From Macrostomum lignano (taxonomy: Eukaryota): a stretch of 64,000 nt of DNA. The DNA is taken from assembly GCA_002269645.1 (NCBI GenBank), contig NIVC01001852.1, forward strand, positions 1 to 64,000. Reading direction: 5' to 3'. The notes beneath the pieces are model-generated. The model ran no database searches and was not told the DNA's origin. It saw only the letters and a program-made list of their open reading frames with translations. The position numbers and the translations under genes are program-made. Shown piece after piece: positions 1-12,179 of this stretch (position 1 is its first letter; each line of letters begins with the position of its first letter).

Positions 1-458
1 GCGTAATCAATTATTATTATTATTATATTATTATTATTAATCAAGTAGAATTTGTGATTCGTCCGCGCTGATCTGATTTGCACTGTGCAATTTCCATCGA
101 TCGTCTTGCCTGCACCGTCTCTTTAGGCAGTGAAGAAGAAGTCAGCTGTTGCTTTGAAAACAAAAGCATGATAAAATAATAAAAGTGCTAAGTTCATCGT
201 TTAAAGATGAAATGCTTCGCTAAAATACTGTTTTTCACTGTTTGAATTTTGTTTGAATATAACGATATTAAGGAGCTCCTACTAAATAAACTCAAATGTG
301 TCATTTCTACTCAATGTCTACCTTAAATTGATCAATCTACCAATGATGTACTCCAATTCTACACATTGTCTACTAGTAACAATCAGCCTACATATTCTAT
401 ACTCCCACCTATACATATCGATTATATCTCTATATAGATTATTTTACAGCTAGTATTT

Positions 459-870
459 TCAGTCTATACAGTGTCTACTCTCAGTCTATCCAGTGTCTAC
501 TCTCAGTCTGTCCAGTGTCTACTCTCAGTCTATCCAGTGTCTACCCTCAGTCTATCAGTGTCTACCCTCAGTCTATCCAGTGTCTACTCTCAGTCTATCC
601 AGTGTCTACCCTCAGTCTATCCAGTGTCTACCCTCAGTCTATCCAGTGTCTACCTCAGTCTATCCAGTTCTACTCTAGTCTTCCCATTGTCTACTCTCAG
701 CTGCCATGTCTACTCTCAGTCTGCCCATTGTCTAGTCCCAGACTACCATTGTCTACTCTCAGTCTGCCATTGTCTACTGTCAGTCTACCCATTTTCTACT
801 CTCAGTCTACTCTCAGTCTATCCATTGTCTACTCCCAGTCTAGCCATTATCTACACTTAGTCTACTCATT
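459..870. repeat. 22-bp minisatellite (GTCTACTCTCAGTCTATCCAGT), degenerating 3'
   Basis: Tandem copies read directly; ORFs 471-892 are translations of the unit. Confidence 0.9.
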
Positions 871-1368
871 GTTACTCGCAGCCTACACCTAAACGTATTT
901 TCTCCTTCTGCCGGTCCCATAGAAAGCGAGAATTGCTCAAATTGAGGAAATTTGCATTCGCTATGCTTGTCCCCGTCGTCAGTCTGTCTCAGCTTTTCTT
1001 CAGTTCAGCGACTCCCTTTTCATTTTCATTTCGCTTTTCCCGCAGCTCTGCAGTACAAACCATCGATTATATTGCAGTTTTCAGCAAGCAAGAGCTGAAC
1101 AAATAGAAAGAGCTCTGGGGCTCTTGTAAAATAGGGTAAAGAGCCGAAACGATGGGAAAAGTCGGTTTTCGGGGCTTCTTTAGTGCAGTGCTCTGCTAAA
1201 TATTACTCTTTGTGTTCTGCGACTGTTGCTCAGTGTTTGCCTGTGAAAGGCAGGCTTTCGGTCTTGGAGAAAACTGCAAAAATACCAACTCAATTCAGAC
1301 TGTTATTATTTGGTTTTTTGCAGGTAATAACTGGCTCGATGTGTGTTTTTCTAACTCACTACAGTTCC

Positions 1369-2600
1369 ATTCCTCTCTCCCTTCCTCCCTTCCTTCCTCC
1401 CTCCCTTCCTCTCTCCCTTCCTCTCTCCCTTCCTCTCTCCCTTCCTCTCTCCCTTCCTCTCTCCCTTCCTCTCTCCCTTCCTCTCTCCCTTCCTCTCTCC
1501 CTTCCTCTCTCCCTTCCTCTCTCCCTTCCTCTCTCCCTTCCTCTCTCCCTTCCTCTCTCCCTTCCTCTCTCCCTTCCTCTCTCCCTTCCTCTCTCCTTCC
1601 TTTCTCCTTTCCTTTCTCCCTTCCTCTCTCCCTTTCTCTCTCCCTTCTTCTCTCCCTTCTTTCTCCTTTCCTCTCTTCCTTCCTCCCTTCCTTCCTCCCT
1701 CCCTTCCTCTCTCCTTCCTCCCTTCCTTCCTTCCTCCCTCCCTCCCTCCCTTACTCTCTCCCTTTCTCTCTCCCTCCTTCTCTCCCTTCCTCTCCCCTTC
1801 CTCTCTCCTTCCTCTCTCCCTTTTTCTATCCTTTCTTTTCTTCCTTCCTTTTCCTTCCTCTCTCCCTTCCTCTCTCCCTTTCTCTCTCCCTTCTTCTCTC
1901 CCTTTCTCTCTCCCTTCTCTCTCCCTTCTTTCTCCTTTCCTCTCTTCCTTCCTCCCTTCCTTCCTCCCTCCCTTCCTCTCTCCTTCCTCCCTTCCTTCCT
2001 TCCTCCCTCCCTCCCTCCCTTACTCTCTCCCTTTCTCTCTCCCTCCTTCTCTCCCTTCCTCTCCCCTTCCTCTCTCCCTTCCTCTCTCCTTTTTCTATCC
2101 TTTCTTTTCTTCCTTCCTCTTTTCCTTCCTCTCTCCCTTCCTCTCTCCCTTTCTCTCTCCCTTTCTCTCTCCCTTCTTCTCTCCCTTTCTCTCTCTCCCT
2201 TCTTCTCTCCCTTCTTTCTCCTTTCCTCTCTTCCTTCCTCCCTTCCTTCCTCCCTCCCTTTCTCTCTCCCTTCTTCTCTCCCTTCTTTCTCCTTTCCTCT
2301 CTTCCTTCCTCTCTCCCTTCCTCTCTCCCTTTCTCTCTCCCTTCTTCTCTCCCTTCTTTCTCCTTTCCTCTCTTCCTTCCTCCCTTCCTTCCTCCCTCCC
2401 TTCCTTCTCCCTTCCTCCCTTCCTTCCTTCCTCCCTCCCTCCCTCCCTTACTCTCTCCCTTTCTCTCTCCCTCCTTCTCTCTCTTCCTCTCCCCTTCCTC
2501 TCTCCCTTCCTCTCTCCCTTTCTCTATCCTTTCTTTTCTTCCTTCCTCTTTTCCTTCCTCTCTCCCCCTTCCGCAGTCCCTTCCTCTCTTAACTCTCCTA
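1369..2600. repeat. Polypyrimidine low-complexity array (core 12-mer CTCTCCCTTCCT)
   Basis: About 1.2 kb almost devoid of A/G on the + strand. Confidence 0.95.
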
Positions 2601-3484
2601 TCTTCCTATCTTTACCTCTCACTTGTTTACTTGAACCCTCGCTGAATTCCGTCGCAGCCCCTGCCTGCGAGCTCACACAAAAACAACAGCCTGCATGTCA
2701 TCCTCCATCCCTTCGTCTCTCGTCCCGCGTCTCCTTCGGTCAGGCCGAATTCGCTAATGAGGAGGAGATCAGGGAGCGGCCGGGAGCCCCGGGGCTGCAA
2801 AGAAGCAGCGGAGTTGGGCCGCCTGTGCAATTTGCTACTCAAAGAGAAAGTCCCAGCTTGCCGAGAGCGCGGCCTGAAACTGGGGAAGCTGGGTTGTAAT
2901 TTTCCCAAATATGCCGCTCGCGAAATTCGCATCCTGTCTTTTTTTACCTATAGATACTCGTATTTTTTAAGGAAGTCAATGCTGGGGGCGGGCGCATCAG
3001 TTCCCGCTCCTCTACATTTTTGTCCCCTCGGGGCAGGGATGCCGAAACGCAAGCTTCACGCGTCCTGTGCAGCGCTCAGCCAAAGAAAACGAGCCAGTGT
3101 GCCGAATAGTCAGAGTCCGTTGAATGTTTAGCATTTTTCTGCTTTTGATTAATATAATGCAGGTGCATAGAAATGACTGCTTTGTGAATAATTGGATTGA
3201 AATTCTTAAATACGTTGTCGAACTGAAGAAATCTAAGTGACATTCAGAATAATGCATGATTAATTATTAGAGAAAAAGAGAAAATTTCATGAGAGTTCAT
3301 CTGTTTACGTGACTTGAGACATAAATAAAATCTTACTAGTACTACTTACAGTAGAGTGATAAAAGCTTGCTAAATTTTGTATACTTTTTATGAGAGTTGG
3401 GCAACTACAGAACTCTTTTAGAAATACGAGCGTACAAAGAAATATACCATCCATCTCATGCACTCTCCTCTCCACACACCGTCT

Positions 3485-4635
3485 CTCTTCTCTCCTCTGC
3501 CTTCCCCTCTCCCCTCTCTACACCCTCTCCCTTCCTCTCCTCTCACCTCACCTCACCTCCTCTCCTCTCCTCTCCTCTCCTCTCACCTCACCTCACCTCC
3601 TCTCCTCTCCTCTCCTCTCACCTCACCTCACCTCACCTCACCTCCTCTCCTCTCCTCTCCTCTCACCTCACCTCACCTCCTCTCCTCTCCTCTCCTCTCC
3701 TCTCCTCTCACCTCACCTCCTCTCCTCTCCTCTCCTTTCCCCTGCTCTCCTCTCCTCTGCTTCCTCTCCTCTCCTCTCCTCTCCTCTCCTTTCCTTTTCT
3801 CTGCTCTCCTCTCCTCTACTCTCCTCTCACCTCACCTCCTCTCCTCTCCTCTCCTCTCACCTCACCTCACCTCACCTCCTCTCCTCTCCTCTCCTCTCAC
3901 CTCACCTCACCTCCTCTCCTCTCCTTTCCCCTGCTCTCCTCTCCTCTGCTTCCTCTCCTCTCCTCTCCTCTCCTCTCACCTCACCTCACCTCACCTCCTC
4001 TCCTCTCCTCTCCTCTCACCTCACCTCACCTCACCTCCTCTCCTCTCCTTTCCCCTGCTCTCCTCTCCTCTGCTTCCTCTCCTCTCCTCTCCTCTCCTCT
4101 CACCTCACCTCACCTCACCTCACCTCCTCTCCTCTCCTCTCCTCTCACCTCACCTCACCTCCTCTCCTCTCCTTTCCCCTGCTCTCCTCTCCTCTGCTTC
4201 CTCTCCTCTCCTCTCCTCTCCTCTCACCTCACCTCACCTCACCTCCTCTCCTCTCCTCTCCTCTCACCTCACCTCACCTCACCTCCTCTCCTCTCCTTTC
4301 CCCTGCTCTCCTCTCCTCTGCTTCCTCTCCTCTCCTCTCCTCTCCTCTCCTCTCCTCTCCTCTCCTTTCCTTTTCTCTGCTCTCCTCTCCTCTACTCTCC
4401 TCTCCTCTCACCTCCTCTCCTCTGCTTCCTCTCCTCTCCTCTCCTCTCCTCTCCTCTCCTCTCCTTTCCTTCCCCTGCTCTCCTCTCCTCTCCTCTCCTC
4501 TCCTCTCCTCTCCTCTCCTCTACTCTCCTCTCCTCTCACCTCCTCTCCTCTGCTTCCTCTCCTCTCCTCTCCTCTCCTCTCCTCTCCTCTCCTCTCCTTT
4601 CCTTCCCCTGCTCTCCTCTCCTCTTACTCTCCTCT
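3485..4635. repeat. (CTCCT/CTCAC)n pentamer array with recurring interruptions
   Basis: Tandem pentamers with repeated TTTCCCCTGCTCTCCTCTCCTCTGCTTCC blocks. Confidence 0.95.
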
Positions 4636-5384
4636 CTGTTTAGTTTTTGCCTTGGCTCTCTTATCACTTTTGCACCGAAGCAATTATTAAGGAAGATATT
4701 AAAATGCATTTATTAACTTCCCAGGCACACTGACTGATACAATGCCTTGCACTGGACAAAGGCCTTAGCTCTATCAAAAGATTTAACGTAGCTTACTATA
4801 ATTTTTAATAAACCTATTTTGACGTTACCCTGTCTTCAACTATCATTGTGCCTGCCTAATATTTTGCGCAGGCTATGAACAGCATGCGCTTCTCAGATTG
4901 GTATGGATCTATCCACCTCAATAGCCATCAATGCTCCATTCAAAGCTTCTCTGTCTGCCCACTCTTCCATTTTCTGCCTTAGAGCTGACAGCTTTGGGGC
5001 CTGTTTTTTCAAAAAGAGATGAATAAAACCCCGCATTCATATCGGAGTCCAGACTCCAAGCGGTTTTGCTGCGCTGAGAATATAATGGAGTAGAGGAGAT
5101 GCAGTTTCTAATAAGCAGGCAAAACTCTATCCAAGGACATCTGACAAAATCTGGACTAGTAGCTCGTAGAAGTCTGTACCCCAACGCTAAGTCTTGCCAA
5201 ATTTGCCACACAAGAGGAATTGACGAAATTAGAGGGACACCTTCACTGATTATGAACTACTTCAAAACGACGCATGACCCCTACTTTAGCGTCTAATGTA
5301 ATTGTACCGTAGAAAAAATTCTAAACCGTTTATAACAAGTTGAAAAGTTTCGAATATAAAGTCACTGCAATGCTGTTTTTTACC

Positions 5385-5935
5385 GTCTTCTCCTCTCTTC
5401 TCTTCTCCTCTCGTCTGCTCTCCTTTCCTCTCGTCTGCTCTGCTCTCCTCTCCTCTCCTCTACTCTCCTCTCACCGCACCTCCTCTCCTCTGCTTCCTCT
5501 CCTCTCCTCTCTTCTCCTCTCCTCTCCTTTCCCCTGCTCTCCTCTCCTCTGCTTCCTCTCCTCTCCTCTCCTCTCCTCTCCTCTCTTCTCCTCTCCTCTC
5601 CTTTCCCCTGCTCTCCTCTCCTCTGCTTCCTCTCCTCTCCTCTCCTCTCCTCTCCTCTTCTCTCTTCTCCTCTCCTCTCCTTTCCTTTCCCCTGCTCTCC
5701 TCTCCTCTCCTCTCCTCTCCTCTCCTCTCTCTTCTCATCCATTCATCCACTCATTTAATACCATTTCCTATCATCGTCTCATTTTATTTTATCGCATCTA
5801 ATCTAATTTAATCTCATCTCATCTCATTTTATCGCATCTCATCTCATCTCATCTCATCTCATCTCATCTCATCTACTCATTTCGTTTCATTCCCTCTCTT
5901 CTTTCATTCTTTCTATTCTATCTTTTTATCTCATC
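5385..5935. repeat. (CTCCT)n array followed by (ATCTC)n
   Basis: Direct reading; same interruption block as 3485-4635. Confidence 0.9.
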
Positions 5936-6277
5936 TAATCTTTCTTCGTCGCATGTCATCTCCTCTTTTATTGGCAGGATTTTTTATGTGGGTACAGGTC
6001 TACTTCCAGTCCAGATAATTCAGATGTCCCCGGCAAAAGCCACACTGCACTGCTCTTTCATCTAGCTAGTCTCTCTCTCTCTCTTTCTCCAATGTGTCTG
6101 GTGCATGTCTACCTCGCTCTCCATCTCTTGCCCAATAATACTGTCAGAGGGGTGTGAGTGAGCAATCCGCGCACTGAGCCAGCATAAACAGACTTCAATA
6201 GTGCTGTTTTTTAAAGACAGCTTTTCAAGAGAGAGCCAGACAGCCGCAGAGTCGTCAGGTCAGTCAGGCTCTGAGCC

Positions 6278-6741
6278 ATGGGCTACAAGCTGACTCTGTT
6301 TCCAAATGCGGACTCCATCAAATCCGAGGTGAAGTGTTCAGCCTGCGGCTGCGTTCTGGAGAGCCCGGTCTGCCTGCCGTGCTCCGGTCAGCACCTGGTC
6401 TGCAGCACCTGCCTGCTCAGAAAATCCACCGGCCGGCAGAAACTGTTCCGCTGTCCGAGTTGTCAAGATCGAATCGTGCTGGATAATTCTGGAGAAGATT
6501 CGAGTCTTGAGCAGCTGCTCAATGGTAAAGGCGTGCCGAACTGGATCCGGGTTGAGCTGGCCAGCCTCCGCCTGTCCTGTCCGAAACGCTGCGGCTCGAC
6601 TGGCCTGCGACTGTCCGAGCTTGGCCGCCATTTTGGCGCCAACTGCGGCAAGGCGGGGGTCGCTTGCGGCAATGCCGGCTGCGCCAAGGTGTACAGAAGG
6701 GAGCTGGCTGAGCAGCACGACTCCGAGTGCCCGTTCAAGCG
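6278..6741 (+). CDS. RING finger / TRAF-type zinc finger protein, exon 1 (RING + two TRAF-type fingers)
   Basis: MGY start and CSAC..C-SGQ-H-LVCSTC..CPSC RING resemble the N-terminus of the RNF41/RNF151 type; fingers CPKRC..RHFGANC and CGNAGC..QHDSEC; donor CG|GTGAGA at 6742 (phase 2). Confidence 0.85.
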
Positions 6742-6974
6742 GTGAGACGGGGTTGGTGAGACTTGTGGTGAGACTGGTGAGGACTTTGAGATAGGGTTTG
6801 GTGATCAACATTTCACTGTGTCGAAAATGCTTGTCAATCACTTTAGGCTCACAACTGAAAGAGGTTTTTGAGGGAACAGAATGCTAGCTCGTATAGAATT
6901 GGATAGAATGAACCATCTTTAGAAAGGCCATAATCCATAGCCCAAAACCCTTCCCAATCAATAATCCAATTTAG

Positions 6975-7121
6975 AGTGGAATGCCGAGTCTGCAAGAAGC
7001 AGATGCTGAACAAAGACTTGATGGCGCACCAGGTAAAAGCTCGGTGCCACGATTTAGAGCTGAAATTGGCCAGAAAACAGTGCATGAAGCAGTGCAACAA
7101 GGACGTGCTGGAGCACTACAG
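6975..7121 (+). CDS. RING/TRAF-ZF protein exon 2 (third finger CRVC..AHQVKARC)
   Basis: Acceptor CAATTTAG|A matches phase 2; reads (R)VECRVCKKQMLNKDLMAHQVKARCHDLELKLARK..EHYR; donor AG|GTAAGC at 7122. Confidence 0.8.
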
Positions 7122-7213
7122 GTAAGCTTCAGATGACGATGCAACCAAATTTTAAATTATATTGCGTAACTTATTAATTCTAAAGAGTTAAAATAAGTAA
7201 ATTGTCTCGACAG

Positions 7214-7439
7214 ACTACTGCGCGAGCACAGTCTAGTAACAATGCAGGAATTTCGGCGCACCGAGTTGTGCCACCTGGAGCGTATGGGTGTGCAAGGCTT
7301 CGCCCGACGCCAGCCGCTGCCTCACCTGACCGCGATCGCCAGCTTGAACAGCTGCGACGCTATGAAACGCTGCGAACGCTGCAGGCGGGTCTTCAACTGC
7401 GACTCCAATCACGAGACCGCCTGCAGGTGGCACGGAGGG
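7214..7439 (+). CDS. RING/TRAF-ZF protein exon 3 (helical region + CERC..CRWHGG)
   Basis: Acceptor TTGTCTCGACAG|A in phase (an in-phase alternative exists at 7232); joins ORF 7242; donor GGG|GTGAGT at 7440 (phase 0). Confidence 0.75.
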
Positions 7440-7489
7440 GTGAGTCTCTTTTGTCTACTTTACTAGTATTTTTTATAGGGCAGTGATTA

Positions 7490-8010
7490 GAGGTCAAACC
7501 GTCGGTATAGTTTTCTCGGGAGGAATTTTTCATCGCAATGTTCTAATAGCAGGACACGAAATCGACGCGTGATTCAAGGTCAAATGGTAGTTGTGGTTTC
7601 CTCGGGGATTCTCCATCTTCCGTCGCAAAAGTATCGATTATATAGCAAGGCACGAGGTATTCGCGTGATTCAAGGTCAAACAGTAGGTGTTGGTTTCTTC
7701 AGGAATTCTTTGTCGTCTGTCGCAATATTATCGATTATGTAGCAAGACACCTTGAACCCGTATTTGAACTTGAAACCTCGTCTCTCTCGTCAAAAGAGAT
7801 AGGCGCATGGGTTCAAGTTCAAATACGGGTTCAAGGTCAAATACGGTTTCAAGGTCATGGTTTCAAGGTCAGATTCAAGGTCATAGTTTAATGTGGTTTT
7901 CTCTAGGATTCTTTTCCGCAATAAATGAGTACTAGCAAGGCACGAAATAGTCGCGTGATTCAAGGTCAAATAGTTCGCGTGGGTTCCTCGGGGATTCTCC
8001 TTCGCGATAC
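7490..8010. repeat. Degenerate ~90-100 bp tandem repeat rich in TCAAGGTCA with an internal inverted repeat
   Basis: Recurring GCAAGGCACG..CGCGTGATTCAAGGTCAAA..GGTTTCCTCGGGGATTCT units. Confidence 0.75.
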
Positions 8011-8436
8011 ACATGCTGCATAATTCAAGTGGTCATTGAGTGCTCCGCTCAATATCGGGACTCCTTAGCCTTCTACTGTACCAGCTACACACAGCGGTAG
8101 AAGGATCTAAAGAGTTTTCCTCCCAAAGTAAATTTTTTTTCCACAGTCTCCCGTTTAAACAAAGCAAACTTTTAAAATTTTTAACCCGCTATTGCCAATT
8201 TTCTTTCCAGCCGGTAAGTCAACGCGCACGATGGAGGATGAAAGTCAAACATTGGCAAAGTCTGCGGGAAAGCCTTTGGGATGCATTCGCTAAGTCTTAC
8301 ATCAGTACATAGTTTTTGGTGCTTAAGCACTCTCCACAAGCTAGTGCTGAAGAAGTTTGATAACAGTATTTCACAATTCTCTGAGCACCTTATCATGTGG
8401 TTGTGCCGCCCCAGTACGCTTGTATCTCAAACTGCA

Positions 8437-8928
8437 TTGCAGTGACTCAAATTGGGTTGCAGTGACTCAAATTGGGCTGCAGTGACTCAAATTGGGCTGC
8501 AGTGACTCAAATTGGGCTGCAGTGACTCAAATTGGGTTGCAGTGACTCAAATTGGGCTGCAGTGACTCAAATTGGACTGCAGTGACTCAAATTGGGTTGC
8601 AGTGACTCAAATTGGGCTGCAGTGACTCAAATTGGGCTGCAGTGACTCAAATTGGGCTGCAGTGACTCAAATTGGGCTGCAGTGACTCAAATTGGGCTGC
8701 AGTGACTCAAATTGGGCTGCAGTGACTGAAATTGGGCTGCAGTGACTTAAATTGGGCTGCAGTGACTGAAATTGGGCTGCAGTGACTCAAATTGGGCTGC
8801 AGTGACTTAAATTGGGCTGCAGTGACTTAAATTGGGCTGCAGTGACTTAAGTTGGGCTGCAGTGACTTAAATTGGGCTGCAGTGACTTAAATTGGGCTGC
8901 AGTGACTTAAATTGGGCTGCAGTGACTC
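8437..8928. repeat. 20-bp minisatellite (GCAGTGACTCAAATTGGGCT)
   Basis: About 24 near-identical tandem copies. Confidence 0.95.
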
Positions 8929-9344
8929 GAAAATTACTTACAAAAAACTCAATTTTCGACTCTGTAATTTCATATCACACGAGCACAACTTGAAAATGGA
9001 AACGCTGTCCTCAACTGCAATTTCTCAGATTGTAAGTTGATTAAAACAGGTACCTGACCAAAAATGTTGAACCCTACAGACAACCTTTTAATGAGTTTAA
9101 TCGTTAATTTAAATTTCAGATTCAAGTAAGTTCGTTGTCAAGCCTAAAGTGCAACTCACTAGTTTGTCGCTTCAATGTTCGAAAAGATCATAACAACTTT
9201 ATTACCAACAACGCCTCGATTCTCTGCGCGAAACTTCATTTCAGACTTTCGGGGTGAGTTTCATCGATCGGTAATGATTTTTCTTTGTTTTTTTCGAGTT
9301 GAAATCGAACGCACAATATTAAATTCTGAGGCCCTCTAATATAG

Positions 9345-9805
9345 ACATTGGCGCCCCCAATATCTAGAAATTAGCGCCCCTATCTAGATAGAAATCGGCA
9401 CCCCCAGTATCGAGATCAGCGCCTTCCCAAAATATTGAAATCGGCGCCCCCAATATCTAGAAATCGGCGCCCCCAATATCTAGAAATCGGCTCCCCCATC
9501 CAGATAGAATTCGGTACCCTCATCCAGATAGAAATCGGCGCCCCCATCAAGATAGAAATCGGCGCCCCCATCAAGATAGAAATCGGCGCCCCCATCAAGA
9601 TAGAATTCGGTGTCCCTAATGTCTAGAAATCGGCATCCCCAATATCTTAAAATCAGCGCCTCCCCAATATCTAGAAATCGGCGCCCCTATCTAGGTAGAA
9701 ATCGGTGCCCCCATCAAGATAGAAATCGGCGCCCCCATCAAGATAGAATTCGGTGTCCCCAATATCTAGAAATCGGCTCAGTCATCTAGATAGAATTCGG
9801 TGCCC
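9345..9805. repeat. 23/24-bp minisatellite (GAAATCGGCGCCCCCAATATCTA)
   Basis: Tandem copies with a GGCGCC core. Confidence 0.9.
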
Positions 9806-9845
9806 AATCTGAACTTTGGCGCTCCCCTCCAACACGCCGCCGCAG

Positions 9846-10022
9846 GGTCTCTGCCTGGCCTGCGGCAAGCCCTCGCACACGCCCGGCTGTATTCTCAGCG
9901 CTCATCGCGAGTTCCTGCCGCCTCTGCTGTCTGCAACGCGACGACAGCAGCAGCATCAGAGTAACCGTGGCAACGCTTCATCATATGAAGCAGCGTCGAC
10001 TGCTGCACCAATAAGCGTTTGA
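9846..10022 (+). CDS. RING/TRAF-ZF protein terminal exon 4 (GLCLACGKPSHTPGCILSAH..ISV*)
   Basis: Acceptor CCGCAG| in phase 0 matches the donor at 7440; the four exons sum to 1014 nt = 337 aa + stop; an intervening exon cannot be excluded. Confidence 0.65.
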   Translation, partial: GLCLACGKPSHTPGCILSAHREFLPPLLSATRRQQQHQSNRGNASSYEAASTAAPISV

Positions 10023-10394
10023 AAATAAGACAACCAAAAAAACTAAAATTTAGAAACGCGTTCCAACTGCACTACTGACTTGTAGATTATTCAGTAGAAA
10101 GTTCAGACTTTTACCGTACGTATAATAATATTCGAAGAAGTATGCTCTATCGCACAGAAATGCTAAATTAGACGTTGGATTTTAGTTTCACTTAAAATTT
10201 TCTGTTCTCCGGTAGAAATTTTATAAGCGCTCTGCCTTGTCCTGGCGTAGATTTTTTTTATAGACCGTTTTCTGTTAAGGAAAATTATGTGAAATTAAAT
10301 TTTTGTTTAATAGAAAGCATGGATCCTACTGTATCTCATGCTTGGGTAAAATCAGCAAATACGAGCGTACGAGCTAACTTCATCTTGATTGTAT

Positions 10395-10870
10395 GTCTGA
10401 GATAGAGATGAAGGGACATTGGGAAATGAAAGAACATGGAGAAATGAAGGGACATGTAGAGATTAATGGAGATGGAGAGATGAATGGAGATGGAGAGATG
10501 AAGGGACATTGGGAAATCAAGGGAGATGGAGAGACGAATGGAGATGGAGAGATGAATGGAGATGGAGAGATAAAGGGACATTGGGAGATCAAGGGGGGTG
10601 GAGAGATGAAGGGACATTAAGAAATGAGAGGATATGGAGAGATGAAGGCGCATGGAGAGATGAAGGGACATGGAGAGATGAAGGGACATGGAGAGATGAA
10701 GAGACATGGAGAGATGAAGGGACATGTAGAGATGAAGGGACATGGAGAGATGAAGGGACATGGAGAGATGAAGAGACATGTAGAGATGAAGGGACTTGTA
10801 GAGATGAAAGGACATTGAGAGATGAAGGGCCATGGAGAGATGAAAGGACATGAAAAGATGAAAGGAAATG
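10395..10870. repeat. 18-bp purine-rich minisatellite (AGAGATGAAGGGACATGG)
   Basis: Tandem copies. Confidence 0.9.
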
Positions 10871-12179
10871 GAGTTATGAAGGGAGATAGGGAGATAAAAG
10901 AAGACAGACCGTATAAAACAATACAAAAGTGCAACTGAGAATAAGCCGTTTACCTCATTGAGAAAAACCAGTCAACATCGCCGTCACTTCCCACTCGAAT
11001 ATAAATCCAAAACTCCCATGTCAAGGGACCCCAGCATTCAAGGAGGTTTTTTGCTTGCAAAAGTTAGAGTTGCCCAGCTGGATACCGACTGGATACCGAA
11101 GCGCCTCTCTCTCTCGGTGGTTGTTAAAGCCCCCTGCACCCATATGCAGGTACTGGTAGTGCAACGCATGGCTAAAAATGTCTCTATGCCAAAGCGTCAG
11201 CTGCCGCTTTGAAGACGCAGCCCCACCTGCTGAAAATGTGTCATTCCGGTCAGGAAAATACAGCAGGAATGGTTGGTAGGGAAGCGGAGGGGGAGGCGGA
11301 GGCCTCCGCCAGCATACCAGTGTGACACCCACATCTGCCGGCCACATGCGAACTTGTGGGTTTGGGTGGCAGCGGTGTCTCTCTGGGCTGGAAAGCTGAA
11401 TCCTCGAACCTAAGAACAGATTTTCACACCTTTCCAAGCAATGCAAGCAATGCAGTACCGCCAAGAGCTGCCTCTGCCTGTGGACAGTAAGTTGACGCTT
11501 CTCAGCATTGAGTCCTGTGTTTTTTGGAAGTTTATACAGCTGTTTTTATCAACTTCATCAGCCTTCAATATGAAAGAAAGAAAATGTATGTATGAAAGGA
11601 ATTGCCGAGTTTTGGCCATAGACACTGGTCAGACTTATGAGTTGCCGTCTCACAGCCAGCTCTGAGGCAATTCTGCAGGCAAGCACTCGTACGAGTACAC
11701 ACGCTCACACGGGTGTACAGCCCCTGAGTGTGGTTTGGCCCTCGTGTGCTTGAATCTCGCGACCTATAGTGCCTACAGTGCTGCAAAGTATTAAAAAATG
11801 AATAATTTCACATTTTATCCGACGCAAGCATTATGCTCAGAAGCTGCTACTATTTATTATACGAACTGTTTATTTTTTACACACACGCACGAATTACACA
11901 ATTTTTGATAGCGAGTGTTCGAAAAACATAATTAGCCGACTTCGATGGTTCGGTTGCCATGCCTTGGTGGGTGGGGGTGTCGTATCTGCCGCCTCGGTGC
12001 TCACAAGAAAATCCACCGATACGAGAGAGAGTGCGAGTTGAACTGATGACTAAAAACGATTTTACAAATCAGTTGAAACTTTGCTTTGCGAATACCGGTA
12101 TGCATAAAATTTCGTTGCAATTGGTATTAGATAGTTTTGTGTCTGCGATTTACAGGTAAGTGAAATCCAAGTCTTCCCA

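Noticed and set aside
4640-5380. Unique segment between the CT arrays as a coding transposon fragment
   Set aside because: Only short ORFs with no transposase or RT motifs
1183-5801. Long Ser/Leu/Pro ORFs
   Set aside because: Pyrimidine-only sequence cannot contain stop codons; these are artefacts
10336-10934. GEMKGH-repeat ORFs resembling a repetitive structural protein
   Set aside because: 18-bp minisatellite open in several frames on both strands, with no linked splice sites or unique coding flanks
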